The position numbers and the translations under genes were made by a program. From the human T2T-CHM13v2.0 reference genome, Homo sapiens, in NCBI RefSeq assembly GCF_009914755.1, contig NC_060929.1: a stretch of DNA of 64,000 nt. One strand, written 5' to 3'. Shown in pieces: positions 62,306-64,000 of this stretch; position 1 is the first letter of the stretch, and every line of letters begins with the position of its first letter. The notes under the pieces were generated by a model. The model had not been told where the DNA came from. It saw only the letters and a program-made list of their open reading frames with translations, and did not search any database.

Positions 62306-62767
62306 TAAAATGGTTGGACTAGTTGATTTTTTCAGTCTTCCCAGCTCTAACCTTCTATGAGTAAATGAGTTTGTGGGCAGGCCTGGGGACACACCCATCT
62401 CATTTCTCTGGGAAAGTGCAGTACAAATCCAAACAGGCTCAATAAATGGACTTCTGGAACATAATCCATTAAAGTTGGGACTAACTAAATAGAAATGAAA
62501 CATATATAGGCTTTGGAAGACAATATATTGTGTCCATATTTGGCAGAGCCCCCGGAGACTTTGCTACTCCAACTGCTAAAGTAAACATTGCATGCCACAC
62601 TTCAGTATGTCTGGTATATAACTAGGGCTGTGTTTTGAATTTTCTGTCTGCATTACCCCCTCTCCCTGACTAGTATTGCAGTAATAAGCCAATATGTTTT
62701 AGGCAGGAAAAGAAAATCGTAATAACCAGTATACTATTTGAAAAGATAATGCATTTGGGAAGAATAA

Positions 62768-63068
<301 letters not shown>

Positions 63069-63819
63069 GGAAGAACAATTCTTGGAAGCAGACTAGTAGA
63101 AAAATATTTCCTTTTCTAGATATAAAACTTTGGTTATTCTGGTTTCCATATAAAATACCTCATTTCCGACATATACTTAGACCCCTATTTCTTTTTTTTG
63201 AGTGTGTAATTCAGCTAACAATTGGATCCTCCTGGTCTGGGAGTAAAGCATGACCTTCAACAAGATTTTTACTAATTCTCAGACCTTATTCTATTCTGAT
63301 GTTGTTTGGATCTGTTTGCTGGTACTATTTGAAGTGGATAATTGGGTTTTAGCAAAACCCTCCTTCTATATAACAAAATGTTTTAAATACCAATCATAAA
63401 ATTAATAAGCCAATAGGACCAGTGGCCAGAAAAAAAAAGACAATGAGAATTCCCAGTTACTGCACTTCACACAAGTACAAATTATGTCACTAAAAAAACA
63501 TGAAAAATAAAATAAAGGTAACAGCATAGAAAGGAAGAATAATGGGCTAATACTTCTAAATTTTATTGGTGCATTTTCTAAAACAAAGGAAATGAAAACT
63601 TAACCACATATTGATCTGTCACAGTAATGAATAAGACTGTTATTATTAGTGTCTGTTTCATCCTTAATTTCTGAAAATTGGAAAGAATTACTAATTAAGA
63701 AAACTTATTCTTTGTGTATTCATATTTAATGGATAGCATAGTCACATTTGTTCATTAATACCTGTTCATAATTGATCAAAGAACAACTTTTAGTAATTTT
63801 AAATAAAAAAAATTTAACA

Positions 63820-64000
63820 GGCCAGCAAAGTGGCTCAAGCCTGTAATCCCCACACTCTGGGAGGCCGAGGCAGGTGGATAACGAAGTCAGGAGTTCAAGA
63901 CCAGCCTGGCCAACATGTTTAAACCCCTTCTCTGCTAAAAATACAAAAAATTAGCCAGGCATCGTGACATGACTTGTAGTCCCAGCTACTTAGGAGGCTG
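63820..64000 (+). mobile_element. Alu (cut by the window end)
   Basis: ggccagcaaagtggctcaagcctgtaatccc.. Confidence 0.93.

Overview
AT-rich primate (most likely human) genomic DNA, dense in Alu, L1, L2, MIR, LTR and DNA-transposon remnants. It has no intact protein-coding gene, rRNA, tRNA or CRISPR array. The main result comes from translating AG/GT-bounded unique segments by hand: about 45 exon remnants of a large, intron-containing, decayed dynein heavy chain gene. By recalled sequence it is divergent and DNHD1-like in several segments. The fragments follow dynein domain order: tail/linker on the minus strand (63.4 to 50.0 kb), AAA1 and AAA2 on the PLUS strand (27.0 to 37.9 kb), then AAA2 lid, AAA3, AAA4, stalk/MTBD, AAA5 and AAA6 on the minus strand (25.2 kb to the window start). 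This fits an unprocessed, possibly unitary, dynein pseudogene with an internal inversion of roughly 11-24 kb. One intron holds an old, 5'-truncated CFAP53 (CCDC11) processed pseudogene, and a full-length L1PA lies at 39.4-45.7 kb. All protein matches are by eye against remembered sequences and need HMM or tblastn confirmation. Repeat subfamily calls are approximate.
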